A stretch of DNA of 64,000 bases, taken from Lytechinus pictus (taxonomy: Eukaryota). Shown piece by piece: positions 12,960 to 26,499 of this stretch. The notes under the pieces were generated by a model, which was not told where the DNA came from, searched no databases, and saw nothing but the letters and a program-made list of their open reading frames with translations. A program made the translations under genes and the position numbers. The number at the start of each line of letters is the position of its first letter. Positions within the stretch are counted from its first letter, which is position 1. The DNA lies in the NCBI RefSeq assembly GCF_037042905.1, contig NC_087245.1, positions 8,806,001 through 8,870,000 on the forward strand, read 5' to 3'.

Positions 12960-15400
12960 AAAATCTTGACAGATTTTTCAAGTCTTTTGTATTTCTCATA
13001 TTAAACAGCTTGTGCACTTAAATCACGTTTGGTCTGACAAAATAATACCCTTTAATTTAAGCTTTCCTTTCACTTTCAAAAGCAGGACAATTAAACGCAT
13101 AATGAAACTCGTCACCTGGCTCATGCGAGTCACATAGAGTACAAGTTTGCAAACCTTGATTAGGCAGGTAACGACCATTAGCAATTGGCAATCTATGATT
13201 TCCACAACGATATTTACAGAGTTCAATCCTATCTGCAAAATCTAATTTCACTAAATAGTTCTCAAACCCAAAATCTTGTTTGAATATCCTATAATTCATG
13301 CACAAACGGTTTCTATTAATTTCAGTATTCAATTCCTGTTTAGCAATATCATCCAATCTGAGACTCACAGTTGACTTAACCCACTTAACGTCCAAGACCA
13401 TATTCTCAACACTCCACAGATTAGTCATCCCACATCTATCCAAAATTTCTTTCACTTTTACTATCCATGGTGACTTATAAAGGTCCCTATCATGAAGTTG
13501 ACGCAAAAGCCTATAAATCATACTTGACAATTTAGATTTTCCATTTACACTTTGACGAATCCTTGCCCAAAGATTTATCATACGCTTTTCAATAATATAA
13601 AGCAGACTGACTTTTCCCAATTCGCCATATGTCATACAATTCGCAGACCCTCGACTAAGTCCAAGGAGGCTTTTTATAAACTTCTTATAAAACATTTCAA
13701 TACAATCTACATCACCAAACCCCAAATTTCACTACCATATAACAAAATTGGTACCACCAGCTGATCAAACAATTCACATTGAATGTCCAAAGGCAAACTC
13801 AACACCTTGGCCTTACTTTTAAGATTAAACATTGCTCTCCTAGCCTGATTAACTTGCTTTTTCATAGCTTTCTTGAAGGAGCCATTGTAATTAAAAGTGG
13901 TACCTAGATAAATATAATCCTCTACGACTTCAAGAGCAGTATCCCCAAACAAAAACTCTGGATATTTACGAACCTTTCCACGTGAGAAAATCACAACTTT
14001 AGTCTTGCTTGTATTAACAGAAAGTTTCCACTGCTCACAATATTGATGAACAGCCGACAGAGCAGACTGAAGTTCTTGAGCCGACTCAGCCAATATTATT
14101 GTATGGTCAGCATATAATAAAACACATAATCGTAAGAAAACTTCCACATCATCATTGCTCAGGTAGTCCCTTATTAGAGAAGAGCACATATTTAAGCCTT
14201 TATAATACCGACTAACAAAATATTCAGAAAAACTGCAAAGAGCAAAGGAGATAAATTTTCACCCTGACGCACTCCGATATTACAGGTAAAGAAATCAGAA
14301 ATGTTATATCCATACTTTATGCATGATTTAGCATTTTCATACATATTATAAACAACACTAATAATCTTCCCATTGATACCACATGAAATCAACTTCGACC
14401 AGAGACTAGATCTGTCAACAAGGTCAAAGGCTTTTCTGTAGTCAATAAAGGCACAGTTAATTCTCTTCGCATCGTGTAGATACAAATCGATCAAACCATG
14501 TAATGTAGGGTACTATGACTTTTTCTAAACCCTGCCTGCTCATCGCCTAAAATTCCTGCACATTCCAAGTAATTAGAAAGCCTAGAGTTAATACAAGCAA
14601 GTGAACAATCTAATGAATAAATATGAAAATCTGTGATTTTAGACAACAAAGAAGGCGAAACGAGCACATAATCAATAACACTTGAGCCTTTAGATGTTTG
14701 ACAGGTAAACTCCCCTAGGCCCTGATCATCCCCAAATCTCCCATTAACGATTTTAACATCCAGATTTTTACACAGTTCTAATAAATTCAGACCATTATTG
14801 TTTACACAATGGTCCTTACTACAACGCTCTGTAACTATTCCAGCTGCAGATAGATCATATTTAGAACTCAACGACATCAGCGACGTCAGTTCTACACCAC
14901 CCTCTACAGACACAGGATCCTCAGGTTCAATGAAATCACTCCTAGTTCCTGTCCTTGCATTAAAATCCCCCAACAAAATAACAGGAATATTATACTTAAC
15001 TCTGTAATCTACTAAATCTTCTGCAATATGATCAAAAACATCATTATGATGGAAAGGTGAGCCTTCACAAGGAATGTATACTATACCCAAAATAAATTCA
15101 TGAAATGGGAAGGTTACTTTGAGCCAAAAGACAAATTCAGATTTGTAATCTGTTATCACTTCCACATTTCCAACGTAATTACTCTTAACATAAATGCATA
15201 GACCATGAGCACCACCGAATCTATGTGCCTTACTTTTACTTGGCATAACAAACGAGACAAAACCAGGAACAAAAATTGATTCATCATTTGAGCACTTTGT
15301 TTCAGTGAGACATACAAAGTAAAATTTTTTGACAAATTCTTCAAAAATACCTAAACGGAGTTTGCTCCTGAGACCACACACATTTAAGCTGACAAAGTTC
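12960..15400 (-). pseudogene. LINE ORF2: AP endonuclease, reverse transcriptase, C-terminal CCHC finger (frameshifted)
   Basis: APE: LTET, GDFNARTG, SVIDY. RT: EQAGFR, FIDYRKAFD, GVRQGENLSPLLF, YADHT (YADD mutated), YLG. C-terminus GNHRLPI..GRY, CxxC..DEFH..C. Confidence 0.9.
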
Positions 15401-15960
15401 AGTTCGCACCTGTTATTGGGGCCGTGCCTGTCCTAAAACTTTGGGAAATGGCGAAGATCTTTGACTTTTGTCTCGTCCCATCCCACTTCCAAAGATCATC
15501 TGGGGAGTCAGTCACATTCATCTCTTCATGGCCATTAACCTGCTGCTTGCAATGAATCTTCCCTTCCACAGACCAGCACCCCTTGATTGACGAATCTTTC
15601 TTCAACTCACGCAACATCGAATTACGTAGAGGTGTGAGATCTTCGTTCACATAGATGGACTGGTATCCATCAACAGTCGTCAACTTCTTCTTGTTCTTCA
15701 TGATGGCTGACTTGACATCACGTCGAACAAACTTCGCTATGATGCTCTTCTTTGAAGGCAGCATGTGACTGACACTAATGTCAGCATTAGTGACCGCAAC
15801 TCCCATTGCACCTGCCACTTTGATAACAGCATCGTTTGAAGACTCCCCCTCAGACAGCTGCACACCATGAATCCTGATGGACTCCCTTCTGGAGTACTGC
15901 TCCATACGATCTATCTCGAAACTGTTCTGTGCCACTACACTCTTAACGCGTTCAAGACCA
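15399..15960 (-). pseudogene. LINE ORF1 (L1/transposase-22-type RNA-binding protein) fragment
   Basis: EQYSRRESIRIHGV, DISVSH, IIAKFVRR, IYVNEDLT motifs. Confidence 0.85.
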
Positions 15961-17258
15961 TCAAACTTCCTTTCAACTTCCTTTCCTTTCCTTCCTTTCC
16001 TTCCTTTGACATCTGGTAGCCATCTTGAATTAGACCTGAAGATGATCCTATATTGTAAAAGTTATAACATAAATGGATTCTACACACCCCAAAACCTCTA
16101 AAAAGATGTATTGTTCATCATTCTGGGCCAAAGGGTTCTAAAGTTAATTTCCTAAAATGGCGTTGATCTGGCGGCCATCTTGGATTTGACCTTAAGATGA
16201 CCTTATATAGCAAAATTGATAATAGAAATGGATTCTTCACACCACAAAACCCCTAAAAAGAGTTATTATTCATCATTCTGGGGCAACGGGTTCAAATTTA
16301 ATTGTTCAAGAGTGCGTCTGGCGGCGGCCATCTTGAATTTGACCTGAAGATGACCTTATATAGCAAAATTGATAATAGAAATGGATTATTCGCACCACAA
16401 AACCCCTAAAAAGAGGTATTCCTCATCATTTTCGTGCAAGGGGCTCCAAAGTTAACTTTTTAAGTTGGTATCTGGCGGCCATTTTGGATTTATGCAAATT
16501 AGCAAAATTGCCCAAAGTTGCCGTTTTGGCAACCAAGCTGAATTGGTTCTAGGACCCCATAGGAACATGAATCAAGAAAAAAACTTCATCAGAAAGAACA
16601 TTTCTAGGTTGGTGTACTGAGCCTATGGGACTGTCAAATCGACTATTTATTAACTCCATATGATATATTGTACTTTATGTGAGGAACAAGGAAGCTAAGT
16701 GACATGCTTATCTTATATACATGTATTCAGCTAAAATATGCCCTTGCCACTGATTTTCGTCCTTCGCATTGTGCAAAATTGCCCTTATGCAATCCGTGAA
16801 TCATGTATGGCAATAAATCTGTGAAATATCTTGCACAGTTAGCTTGTTTATCACACATTGGTTTTGGAATGAAGAGTGCAAGATACATTTGAGTGTGTCA
16901 AAAATTGTTGGCAATCATATTTTATGGTGTTGTGATTTCCTCATTTGTGTAGGGGTATTCGTCCTTTTCAGTGATATTTCTAGTTTTCTTTTATCCTGTC
17001 ATTGTGTACTGTATGTATATCAAACAAAACTTAAATATAAATTAGGGAGGCTATGGAACAGAAACTTCCTATATGAATAGAAACTTCCTATATGAATAGA
17101 AAATTCAGACAACATACTGTATTTTCAATGTACTATGTTTATCATGCTGCGTCAGCAACTACGCCATTTACAATGAAGGGCTGATGAAGCTTGCAGCCTC
17201 GCAAGCTAAAGCCTAAACAAGATAAAAATTTCATCAATGTGAAAAAGGATGTGTTGGT

Positions 17259-17408
17259 TACCTCGGTCAGTTGCTCTACGGCGAGTCGAAAACAGCCGTT
17301 TTAAATTTTTTTGTACCAGCTACATATAAGTGGTTTGATTAAAAATGAATAAAACGGCTGTTTTCGACTCGCCGTATGGCCGCCGCAGTGCAAATGTGAC
17401 TGAGGTAT
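17259..17408. mobile_element. Palindromic MITE (family of 9357-9517)
   Basis: TACCTCGGTCA...TGACTGAGGTA; long internal inverted repeat CGGCGAGTCGAAAACAGCCGTTTTA/TAAAACGGCTGTTTTCGACTCGCCG. Confidence 0.75.
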
Positions 17409-18292
17409 TTGTATTGATATGTTAACTTTATTATCAAAATATTTAAACCAGTTGTAGGAAACTATGCCCATTTGAATAAAACTACTATATTTGTGGTGTA
17501 TCAATAAAGAGGAAACCCAACATTCATCTTTGTTTGTGAGAACATTGAACAAATTGATAACCATAAAACTTTGATCATTTGAATGTATGCATTGCCAGAA
17601 TTACTATTATAAATCGTTATTATTATGTATTGCACTGCACTTTTCACTTTCATCCGGTGTTTATGTTGATATTTTGTATAGAAATTGAACCATATTTTTG
17701 TAGTTATACCCATAGTGTAATTTGCACTTGTATGCACACCTAATTGAGTGCCTCCAAGGGACTTTATACCTACATGTAGGTTGCCAAAATGATTCAGTGT
17801 GGTTTAATGTATCGAGCTTGGCACTGGCAAGGTTTTGCTTTTTGAGCAAAGAGGCGTTTTCTTTTAGTGTGTATTGCAAATTGTTTTCTTACCCAATTAA
17901 TGGACTATAGGCCATATTTACTGAAAATGAAATAAAAACATTTTGATATAAGATAATTGTGATTGACGCATAGATTTATATTCTTTGATGAACGAGACCA
18001 ATGAAACAAATCATCAACAAGTTTCAAGGACCATGTTCATTATCACTGGGCACCATGTTCTTAAGAAGTATTGCAAAATAGCAAATGGTCCTCTTACAAA
18101 AGTCCTGCTTATTATAAGGAAATCATGGTGAGTGCATTTCAATGAACAATGCAATCATGCATTTGCATATTAATATGAATATTACTAAAAAAAATTGTTT
18201 ATGCATTTGAATTGTATTATACTCATCATGTTTGAAAATGCAGTTTGTTTAGCTTGCAAGTGAACCAAATGCAATATTGTATATTATTTTCA

Positions 18293-18487
18293 GGAGGTCG
18301 CTTCATAAAGCTGTTTGTAAGTTAAGAGTGACTTTAAGAACGTCTGGTGATCCTTTCTTGTGGTAAATGATATTCACCATTAAATGTTCATTGGTGATTA
18401 TTTAGTAGGCTTACTTAAAGCTTCAACAATCATTTTTAAAGTCACTCTTTAACTTACGAACAGCTTTATACACTTATACACCCACCA
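18293..18487. mobile_element. Palindromic Harbinger-like MITE (family of 4977-5134)
   Basis: ATAAAGCTGTTTGTAAGTTAAGAGTGACTTTAA is inverted relative to TTAAAGTCACTCTTTAACTTACGAACAGCTTTAT. Confidence 0.65.
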
Positions 18488-18880
18488 GAACAAAGATGTT
18501 CAGTGATGGTCCTAAAAACATCAACATACCATTTTATACTGATAAGATGAACTTTTAAGAGATGGAATCTAGCTGAGTTTCTTTTAGGATAATTAAACAA
18601 TTTTAGTTGGAATTATTTATGTGCTATTCACACATTTCTTTTGTTGTTCATGTTATTGTGTATTCCAGTGATTCTTCTTTCATTGATCACTTGGTTGATA
18701 TAATTGCAAACGGAACACATTTAAAAATACCAGAGATGACACTTTTTATGCTAATGCATGAATTCAGGCTCTATCAAGTTATTTTAATGTCATCTGGAGG
18801 AAACTTTGTCTATTAAAGATGGCTCTTTGTAGATGATTTTCAGGCTTTTAAAAACTATTAATGCCATCTCTGATGCACAA

Positions 18881-19100
18881 CAGCTGTGCTCAAAATTTAG
18901 TGAACCCTACCACAAAATGCACTCCTTCATACCGAGTATTAAATGTAGACAACAACAATAAATGTTCTGTGAGCCCAGAGAAACAAAGTAGTGAATTTAA
19001 TATGTTCATCACCTGACGTCACAATTAAATATATAAAACATGGCAGAACTTTCACTATGTTAATTTTCTAGATGGGTTCACTAACCTTTTAGCGCCACTG
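18881..19100. mobile_element. Tc1/mariner-type MITE
   Basis: TIR CAGCTGTGCTCAAAATTTAGTGAACCC...GGGTTCACTAACCTTTTAGCGCCACTG followed by TA. Confidence 0.6.
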
Positions 19101-20715
19101 TATGCTTGCAATTGTCATTTCCGAAGAACATGGAAATTAAGGTTGCACCTCATTTTATGGCATATCTATGATAGAATTTGAAAGAAGGGCAACAAAGAAT
19201 GTGTTATCAAGTCCACTGAGTATAAGAGGATCTTACAAGCAATAGAACATTCGATCACTGGCATCTAGTGAGTTAAACTTTTGTGGAGTTCAAGGTTTTT
19301 TTTTATGCAAGACAGTGTATTATTGTGAGTTAAGTGAGTGAACAAGCGAGATTAGCCCCGCCCTCCGACCCAAGTTCTTAATTGACAATTTGATACTGTC
19401 ATGGATTCGGAAGGTTATTTGATAATGCAGTTGTCCACATGTACAAGAAAAATTTGGAAAAAAATATAAAAGTCAGCCATAGAGTGAAAAAAATCAGTAC
19501 AAAGAACACTTTTTAAATATAGTGTTAATATTCGATACAAAGATGAATATGATTAGTTTTCAATGTATTTATGTATATTTTTTTACTTATTTATTTTGTG
19601 GAGGGTGAGTAGGTACATGTACCAGGTAGAGCAGTATATTTCTTTTGAACACATTCCTTTTTAAGAGAGGAAAGAAGAGGGACTTGTGGATATTTAATGC
19701 CCTGATTCAATATTTGATTTTTTCAATCTTGTGTACAGCACATTTAATATGTTGAGAGACTTGTGCTTTGAGCGAGTTTCGTGGAAGAGTACTGAACCAT
19801 AGAATCCAACAGCACAATCATACATTTATAAAGATAGTATACAAGGAAGCTTTTTACAGGGTTTAGAGGTCCAGGGACTGGGATACAAGAGGGGTGTTCA
19901 CAAAGAGCCACACTTAAATGCCAACGTGCAATCTTAATGATCAATACGCAGTAGTGCGCGTCCTCTCCACATGATCTGACCAACGCAGTCTTGCCTTTTA
20001 TACCGCACACAACTAGACATTTGAGTTTTGAGTTTTAACTAGGCTATTTCAGAACAAGTTCATATGATCTCCGTGGCAAGGTCAACACAAAATTTGCATA
20101 TAAAGGGCACTTGTAATGGGTGCTGTTATGTGAATTCTTTTTCTAACAATTATAGTAACTTTGCTGATAGTAACTCTTCACTCTTTGCTGAGTTCTCTGA
20201 ATTAAAAACTCATTCATTTTGTTGATTATTGGTTGCAGGTGGTACATGAGTGTCCCTAGAGCTTATCAGCAGATTACCATACACAAGATCATTTCATCTT
20301 TGAACTGCAGTGATGAAATGTTCATTGCAGTTTCATGCAATCATTGAGAATGCATCACATCGATGTAAAAAACAAATATGGTGAGATGATAAGTACAGTA
20401 ACATATTTATTTGAATGTACGATTTGAATTTAGTGATGGCCAGCCCAGCCTGGTGCCAATGGCCACCAGAAACGGCGTCACCCAGAATGTCTAACTTGCT
20501 AGCCAGCCTGGCCACCTACATACCGCAGTTCGAGGGTTCAAATGAGTCCCTAGAGTCCCTTTCCCTCAAGTTAACCTACAGACAAGTCATATTTGGCAAC
20601 CAACAATACAATGCCTTCTGTGATCTGATTACCCCTCTTCGGTGTGGGCGAGCTATGAAGGAAGGAAAATATAATGCTTGCCTTTGATCAGGTGCGTTTG
20701 CAATGTTTGGATGTT

Positions 20716-21737
20716 TTTGTCTCGCCTGCATAGCAGAGCGAGACTATAGGCGCCGCTTTTCCGACGGCGGCGGCAGGGGCGGTGTCAACATCAAATCTTA
20801 ACCTAAGGTTAAGTTTTTGAAATGACATCATAACTTAGAAAGTATATGGACCTAGTTCATGAAACTTGAACATAAGATTAATCAAGTATTACTTAACATG
20901 CTGCTTGAGTTTCAGGTCACATGACTAAGGTCAAAGATCATTTAGGGTCAATGAACTTAGACCATGTTGGGAGAATTATTTTCAAAATCTTAACCGAAGG
21001 TTAAGTTTTTGAAATGACATCATAACTTAAAAAGTATATGGACCTAGTTCATGAAACTTGGGCATAAGGTTAATCAAGTATTAGTGAACATCCTTTCTGA
21101 GTTTCAGGTCACATGACCAAGGTCAAAGGTCATTTAGGGTCAATGAACTTTGGCCAAGTTGGGGGTATTTGTTGAATTACCTTCATAACTTTGAAAATTT
21201 ATGGATCTAGTTCATGAAACTTGGACATTAGGTTAATCAAGTACCACTGAATATTCTGTGCGAGTTTCAGGTCACATGACCATGGTCAATGGTCATTTAA
21301 GGTCAATGAACTTTGGCCGTGTTGGGGGTCTTTGTTAAATTACCATCCTAACTCTGAAGTTTATGGATCTATTTCATAAAACTTGGGATATAAGAGTAAT
21401 CAAGTATCACTGAACATCCCCTGTGAGTTTCAGGTCACAAAACCAAGGTCAAAGGTCAGTTAAAGTCAATAAACGTAGGCCATGTTGGGGTAATTGTTGA
21501 ATTGCCATCATAACTTTGAAAGTTTATGGATAGAGTGAATGAAATGTGGACATGGGTGTAGTTGACAAGTCTTAAGTCACCGTTCAAATGTCATCTATGG
21601 TCAATGAACGTGGTATTATGTCATTATATGAATGGTGTTTTTGTGAATGATTATTTTATAGTAGTTTTCAAAGTTAGCACTGCTGCTATATTAAATCGCG
21701 TAATGCAGGCGAGACTGCCAGAGGCGTTCCACTTGTT
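20716..21737 (+). mobile_element. Helentron-associated HINE (DINE-1/Tsp-like), family A copy 1
   Basis: 5' subTIR GTCTCGCCTGCAT and 3' partner ATGCAGGCGAGAC; short IR and (GGC)n; about 5 core units of 192/163 bp; terminal hairpin then ACTTGTT; T-rich insertion site. Confidence 0.8.
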
Positions 21738-21964
21738 TTTTTAGATGACCGTTAATAGTAAGTCAATCAGCCGGTATGCTTGAAAACATCACGACATCAG
21801 AAGTCTTGGTGAAATCTTCCCAAACCTTACTCATTTTCTCATTCTGAAGAACTTCCAACCAATATACCAATAACCAAAAAGCTTATTGGTGTAGTCTGGT
21901 GCACTCAATAACTTGCCAAGATGTTGATTTATCAAGATCTCTTTGTTACCTTTCAGAATCTTTT

Positions 21965-22765
21965 GGGCAGGTTACTGTTGTGTGTAATACACAATCGTCT
22001 GCGAACAGACGATATCAAGATTCTAAGCCTTCAGGGACGTCGTTGGTATAAAGTAGAAAGTCTTATATGCCCAGTGACACTATTCCCTGTGGCACGCTAG
22101 AATCTACAATGATCAATTCAGAATGTTCACCCTCTACCACTACACGTTGTTTACGTTTGGTGAGAAACTCTTCAATCCATTTGTGAGCTTTACCTCTTAT
22201 ACCATAGCGCCAGAGTTTAAGCAATAATCTTTGCGCAACTTTATCGAATGCTTTCTGGAAGTCCATTATTATGACATCCACTTGGCGTCTTTGGTCTAGC
22301 TCACTTGCGATATCCTGTACTGTAGATATCAGTTGAGTTTCGCAAGAGTAGTTTTTGCGAAGCCCATGCTGATGATCAAACAGGATATCGTAAGTATCTA
22401 GGTGAGACATAATATTGGAATACAGGATATGTTCAAATACTTTACTACATACTGATGTAAGATTTATTGATCGATAATTTGCTGGAAGAGTGTTATCACT
22501 TTTCTTAAAGATAGGTGTTAAGTTAGAACACAACCAGTTTTCAGAAACTATTCCTGTTTCAAATGATCATTAAAGACAATGGCAAGAGCTGGGCTAATTT
22601 CATGAGCTACAGTCTGGAGGACCCAGGGGGAAATATCGTCTGGGCCTACTGCTTTATTTGGATTGAGATTCTTGAGTTGTTTGATAACCCCTTCCACAGT
22701 TATTTTAATATCTGGCATCGTTGGGATATTTGTTTCACCTTCTCAGGGGAAATCTATTAGTCTCT
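21965..22765 (-). pseudogene. CR1-type LINE reverse transcriptase fragment
   Basis: TPIFKK, NYRSINLTSVCSKVFE, QHGLRKNYSCETQL, DFQKAFDKV, VPQG, LFADDCV. Confidence 0.85.
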
Positions 22766-22959
22766 CTAGTGTTAATTGTTGCTTGTATTGTTTATAAAGG
22801 AGTTCAGCCTTTTGCTTGTCTGTTACAAGCATATCAGTTTCCATATCCCATTAAGCATTGCCCCTGCCCGTCCTTCCGTCCCCCCACTTGGTTTCCGCGC
22901 AATAACCCGAAAAATATTTAATGGATAAAATTTTTTTTGGTGTGAATGTAGATGACACT

Positions 22960-24270
22960 AAAATACAGGCTAAGTTTGAATTTGGAGTCCGCAGGTCAAA
23001 GGTCACATAAGCTGCATTTGCACATCTGCCACCACCACCTCTGAGACATGGGTAACAAAAGCAGGAGAGATTCCTTGTGCCAACTGTTCCTCCCTTTGTG
23101 CTCTTGATACTGTGTAATTTCCTTGTTCCTTTAACAGTTCTTAGGGCCCTCCCGTCTTGCCGCTCTTGCAAAACTTCATGTTTTACAAAAATGACCGATC
23201 TCCTAAATGGACAGCAGCATTGGATTTCAGAAAATGATATATTTGCTCTGGGGTGCTGATTGTGGCAGTTCCTGCTCTGACGGCTTCACTTGCCTTCCTC
23301 TTTACAACCCCACTCGCCATCACTGGCGCCCTTGCCATGTCTAGTTTCCGAATAGTTGTGATGTATGATGTGTCCAAAATCCTCCCTCCCATAGCTAATG
23401 TCCGAAATAGGCCCCTTGCTTTTATATTGGCTACTACAGCCGTCAAAGAAACGGTAAAACTCGAAGTTCAACCCCCTGGTTGCAGTTAAATGCTTGGTGA
23501 CTCTGCGATGGAATTCGTGCACAAGATGGTAGTCGTGGATTAAATCATCACAAACCATTTCAATACTCTCCGTCACATATTTCAAACATGTTGGACAGAT
23601 GTAATATTTGACCTCAGGATGGACTGTTGCAGCATCGTGCGAATAATATGCGCTTTGAACCTCTCGCTGATGCTCGCACTTGAAATTTTCAGCAAAATCA
23701 TACACCCCCAATACCTCATCCATTTGCAGATTCTTTCGGAGATTTTTTGCTTGATTACCTTGCCAATCATTGTTGAACAAGTGTTCACTGAATGGGACTA
23801 TCTCCTCCTTAAGCTCATTTACCAAATCCTGCACTGTTCCCTGTTTCTCTATTGGCTTACGTTTCTTCACTTCCTTGGTCCCCTTTTTGGTGTGGCATGT
23901 TGTTTTTACGGTGTTGTTTTTTACGGTTAACGGTGGACTATTGTCCACCATTTCCACTTTATAATCATGGTCTTGTCAAGGTCTGGATAGGTTGCAGTCG
24001 TTGGTCTAAAATATCTACACCACATTTCTTGCTCTTCTGATACAGGAATGATGGTTGAAATCCCATCCTGGTGGTTTCGGGCACATTGTTGCTTTGACAA
24101 CATTATAGCCATCTTTGAAGGCTGTTGATCGCTTGTATTTTTAAATTTACGTTTTCACAGTACTCACAAAGACAACCAATATATTTGGCTTGTCTAGTTT
24201 TTACATGTTTGGTCTGTAGCTGTAGAACACATGTTATGGTAAAAGTTCATTTTGAGGTCAACATTCGAGT
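22960..24270 (-). pseudogene. Sola2-like DDD transposase relic
   Basis: CLCEYCEN, DFAENF...EVQSAYY, DGCSSQYK, HGKGASDG..GVVKR, VKGTRKLH, SCFCYPC; frameshifted. Confidence 0.75.
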
Positions 24271-25560
24271 TTATGCATGAATGTTGCTAGGACATCAAGC
24301 TCATTTTCCTTCAAAGAGATTAGTTGAGATAAAGTGGCAACATGCTTTCGTAATGCTGTACTGGTGATGTTCTCTGGACGTTCAACTCCTGATGCTTGAG
24401 CAAATTTATGGAGGCAATCTGAACCTCTGTATGATGTATTGCAACCTGGAATACCAAGGAGATTCTCGTCTTTCACACCAGCAGCTGCTCTTTTTTCTGT
24501 CAGGAGGTTGATGTTTGTTACCATTTCCTTTGTTAAAAGGACTGGAACTTTCCTTCCTCTCACAGCTGTTGCTTCTATTTTGACAGGAAAGACATCATTT
24601 CTGGATTACCATCTCCTAACTTGGCTTTTGAAATGTCATCAACTTTTAGCCTCTGCACTTCCCCACTAGTGTTGCCAGGGGGATATTGTGCTTCTTGTAA
24701 AATGGCCTTGTTTTCTTCAATAGCCTGGAACACACATTGGCGAACCTTAGTAACTTCACAAGTAACTGGAATTGCAGGCGGAGCATTCCATCGTTTCTCC
24801 TCAAGATTCTGTAATGCACCTTTCAAAACTTCAACTCTCCATTCCCTCTTGCACAGATCTTCAAAAGCTTCTGCTTTCAATTTCATGACTCTATCCTCCT
24901 GCTTGAAGGCTTCAGCCCGACAAATTGTGGAACACATGCTAAGACTGTTCCGACTTCAAAGCTAGGGAAGGAGTTGCTTACTTTCCTGCTTTGGCATTGA
25001 ATCCTGCCTCCTGCCTTACTGCATTAATAACATCAAACATTTTGGGATCACTGCAGTCTTTTATTATCTTCCCTAAGTCTTATCAATAATCTGGCCATCT
25101 CATGCATCTTCTGGCTCACCTTCTGGTAGCAGGTAGAGTTGCTTGCCTTGGTTTGTTTCAGAACATGAGAATCCACCTTGCATATCAAGTCAAATCATTT
25201 CTGTTCACCATAGAAATTGGACAGGGATATCTTATTCAGCTCAAGACCTTCTCTTGCAATTTTGCCGTTGCACTGTTAGACATTGGCAGCCTCAATGCGC
25301 ATCTTGACTGTAGAGTCTTGCCAGACTTTCCCACTTTTCTGAGATACAAAGCAATTTTTTTATGCTTCCACATGTCACTTGACATAAACCAACAAAAGCA
25401 TTCATCACATGGGAGGTAATCCCTGTAATCAGCATATCCACTTGGTCTCTTCACTGGTATGAGAGTACCACTCTGAGCTGCTAAGACAGAAATATTATGT
25501 TTGTGATTGCCTTCATTTTGAATAATCTTTAGCAGTTCAGCTCTTGCTTTATCTTCTTTC
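24270..25560 (-). pseudogene. Crypton-like tyrosine recombinase relic
   Basis: GNHKHN, YLPCxxC..W.H, W..EV..ALxNL..KRWN, SGEVQRL, RGRKVPVLLT, RGSDCL, ITSTALRKHVAT, LATFMH; truncated before the catalytic Tyr. Confidence 0.7.
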
Positions 25561-25920
25561 TTGATGGAACATGTGACCTGCCTTGCCATCCCCCAAGCAG
25601 GTGTCCTTTGGTTTGCCACTGCCACCAGCTTCCGTTGGTAGTAGGCCTCCATCCTGGTGGTCAGGAAATCTAGAAGCTGTGGCACATTGAAAGCTTTCGT
25701 TCTATGCAAGAAGGAATCCTTCAGAACACACGTAGCAGCCTCTGCATAATTGTTGGTATTGTTCCCCTGAGTCATCAGGTGTTGCCGACATGCATGTGCC
25801 CATACCTCCTTCCTGTCGTGCAGTCCTTCGATGTAGGCCTTGTAGAAGTTGCAATTTATGTAGTTGTTTTAGAGATGGCAAGTGGGCTCCATGAAAGTCA
25901 TTCATAATGGCAGGTATAAT
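25560..25920 (-). pseudogene. MULE/MuDR-type transposase, 3' exon relic
   Basis: W...R..LMTQGNNTNNYAEAA..VLKD..L.RTKAFNV.QL; continues the exon at 32501-33740. Confidence 0.7.
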
Positions 25921-26019
25921 TGTCAGCGCATTATTCTAAAATAATTGAATAAATTACAAATTCATCAAGCTCGTTGAATCCATGTTTACCTGAAAGTTGA
26001 AAAATTATATTCATAGATA

Positions 26020-26201
26020 ATAGGCAGTCTCTAAAATCTGATTGATGTTCTTATTATTTGCTTATGATAATTGGTGGATTAAATACAGAAATAGCAGAGA
26101 CTTCTTCTTTATAGGCAGTCTCTAAAATCTGATTGATGTTCTTATTATTTGCTTATGATAATTGATGGATTAAATACAGAAATAGCAGAGACTTCTTTTT
26201 T
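26020..26201. repeat. Tandem duplication, 2 x ~91 bp
   Basis: ataggcagtctctaaaatctg...gcagagacttct repeated almost identically. Confidence 0.9.
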
Positions 26202-26499
26202 AACCCCTTTGTAAACAAAATTCTTGATTTTAACATTACATGACTGTTATGAACACAGCCCTACTCTAGGGCCCGTATTCTGATAGCGTGGTTTAACTTA
26301 ACCCTGGTCTAAGTGTGGTAATAAACTGCCATATTTAAACCTAGGTTTAAGTTTCGTATTCCGATAGCAAGGTTTAAGTTAACCCTGGTCTAAGTGTGGT
26401 AATAAATCCTCAAAAAGTTAAACTCGCGCAGGGGGTAGTTTAAGCCTGGTTTAAATCCAACAAATCATGGCCTACAATTTTTTAGAATTTATGCCTATA

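Larger units (their letters stand above)
12562..16000 (-). mobile_element. Non-LTR retrotransposon (RTEX-like), 5'-truncated and internally deleted, inside Academ
   Basis: ORF1 and ORF2 relics; 3' UTR hairpin gcccccaggaggggc followed by a (CATTGT)n-like tail at ~12562-12583. Confidence 0.85.
10028..16645 (-). mobile_element. Academ DNA transposon copy 1 (defective, with nested LINE)
   Basis: Termini TAGTCG...CGACTA flanked by TTT/TTT (3-bp TSD); ~650-bp TIRs (10028-~10680, ~16008-16645) made of ~151-bp units; internal XPG-like and Cys-rich coding relic. Confidence 0.85.

Noticed and set aside
19745..20015. Possible solo LTR (TATA-like box on minus)
   Set aside because: No convincing TG...CA ends with TSD and no second copy.
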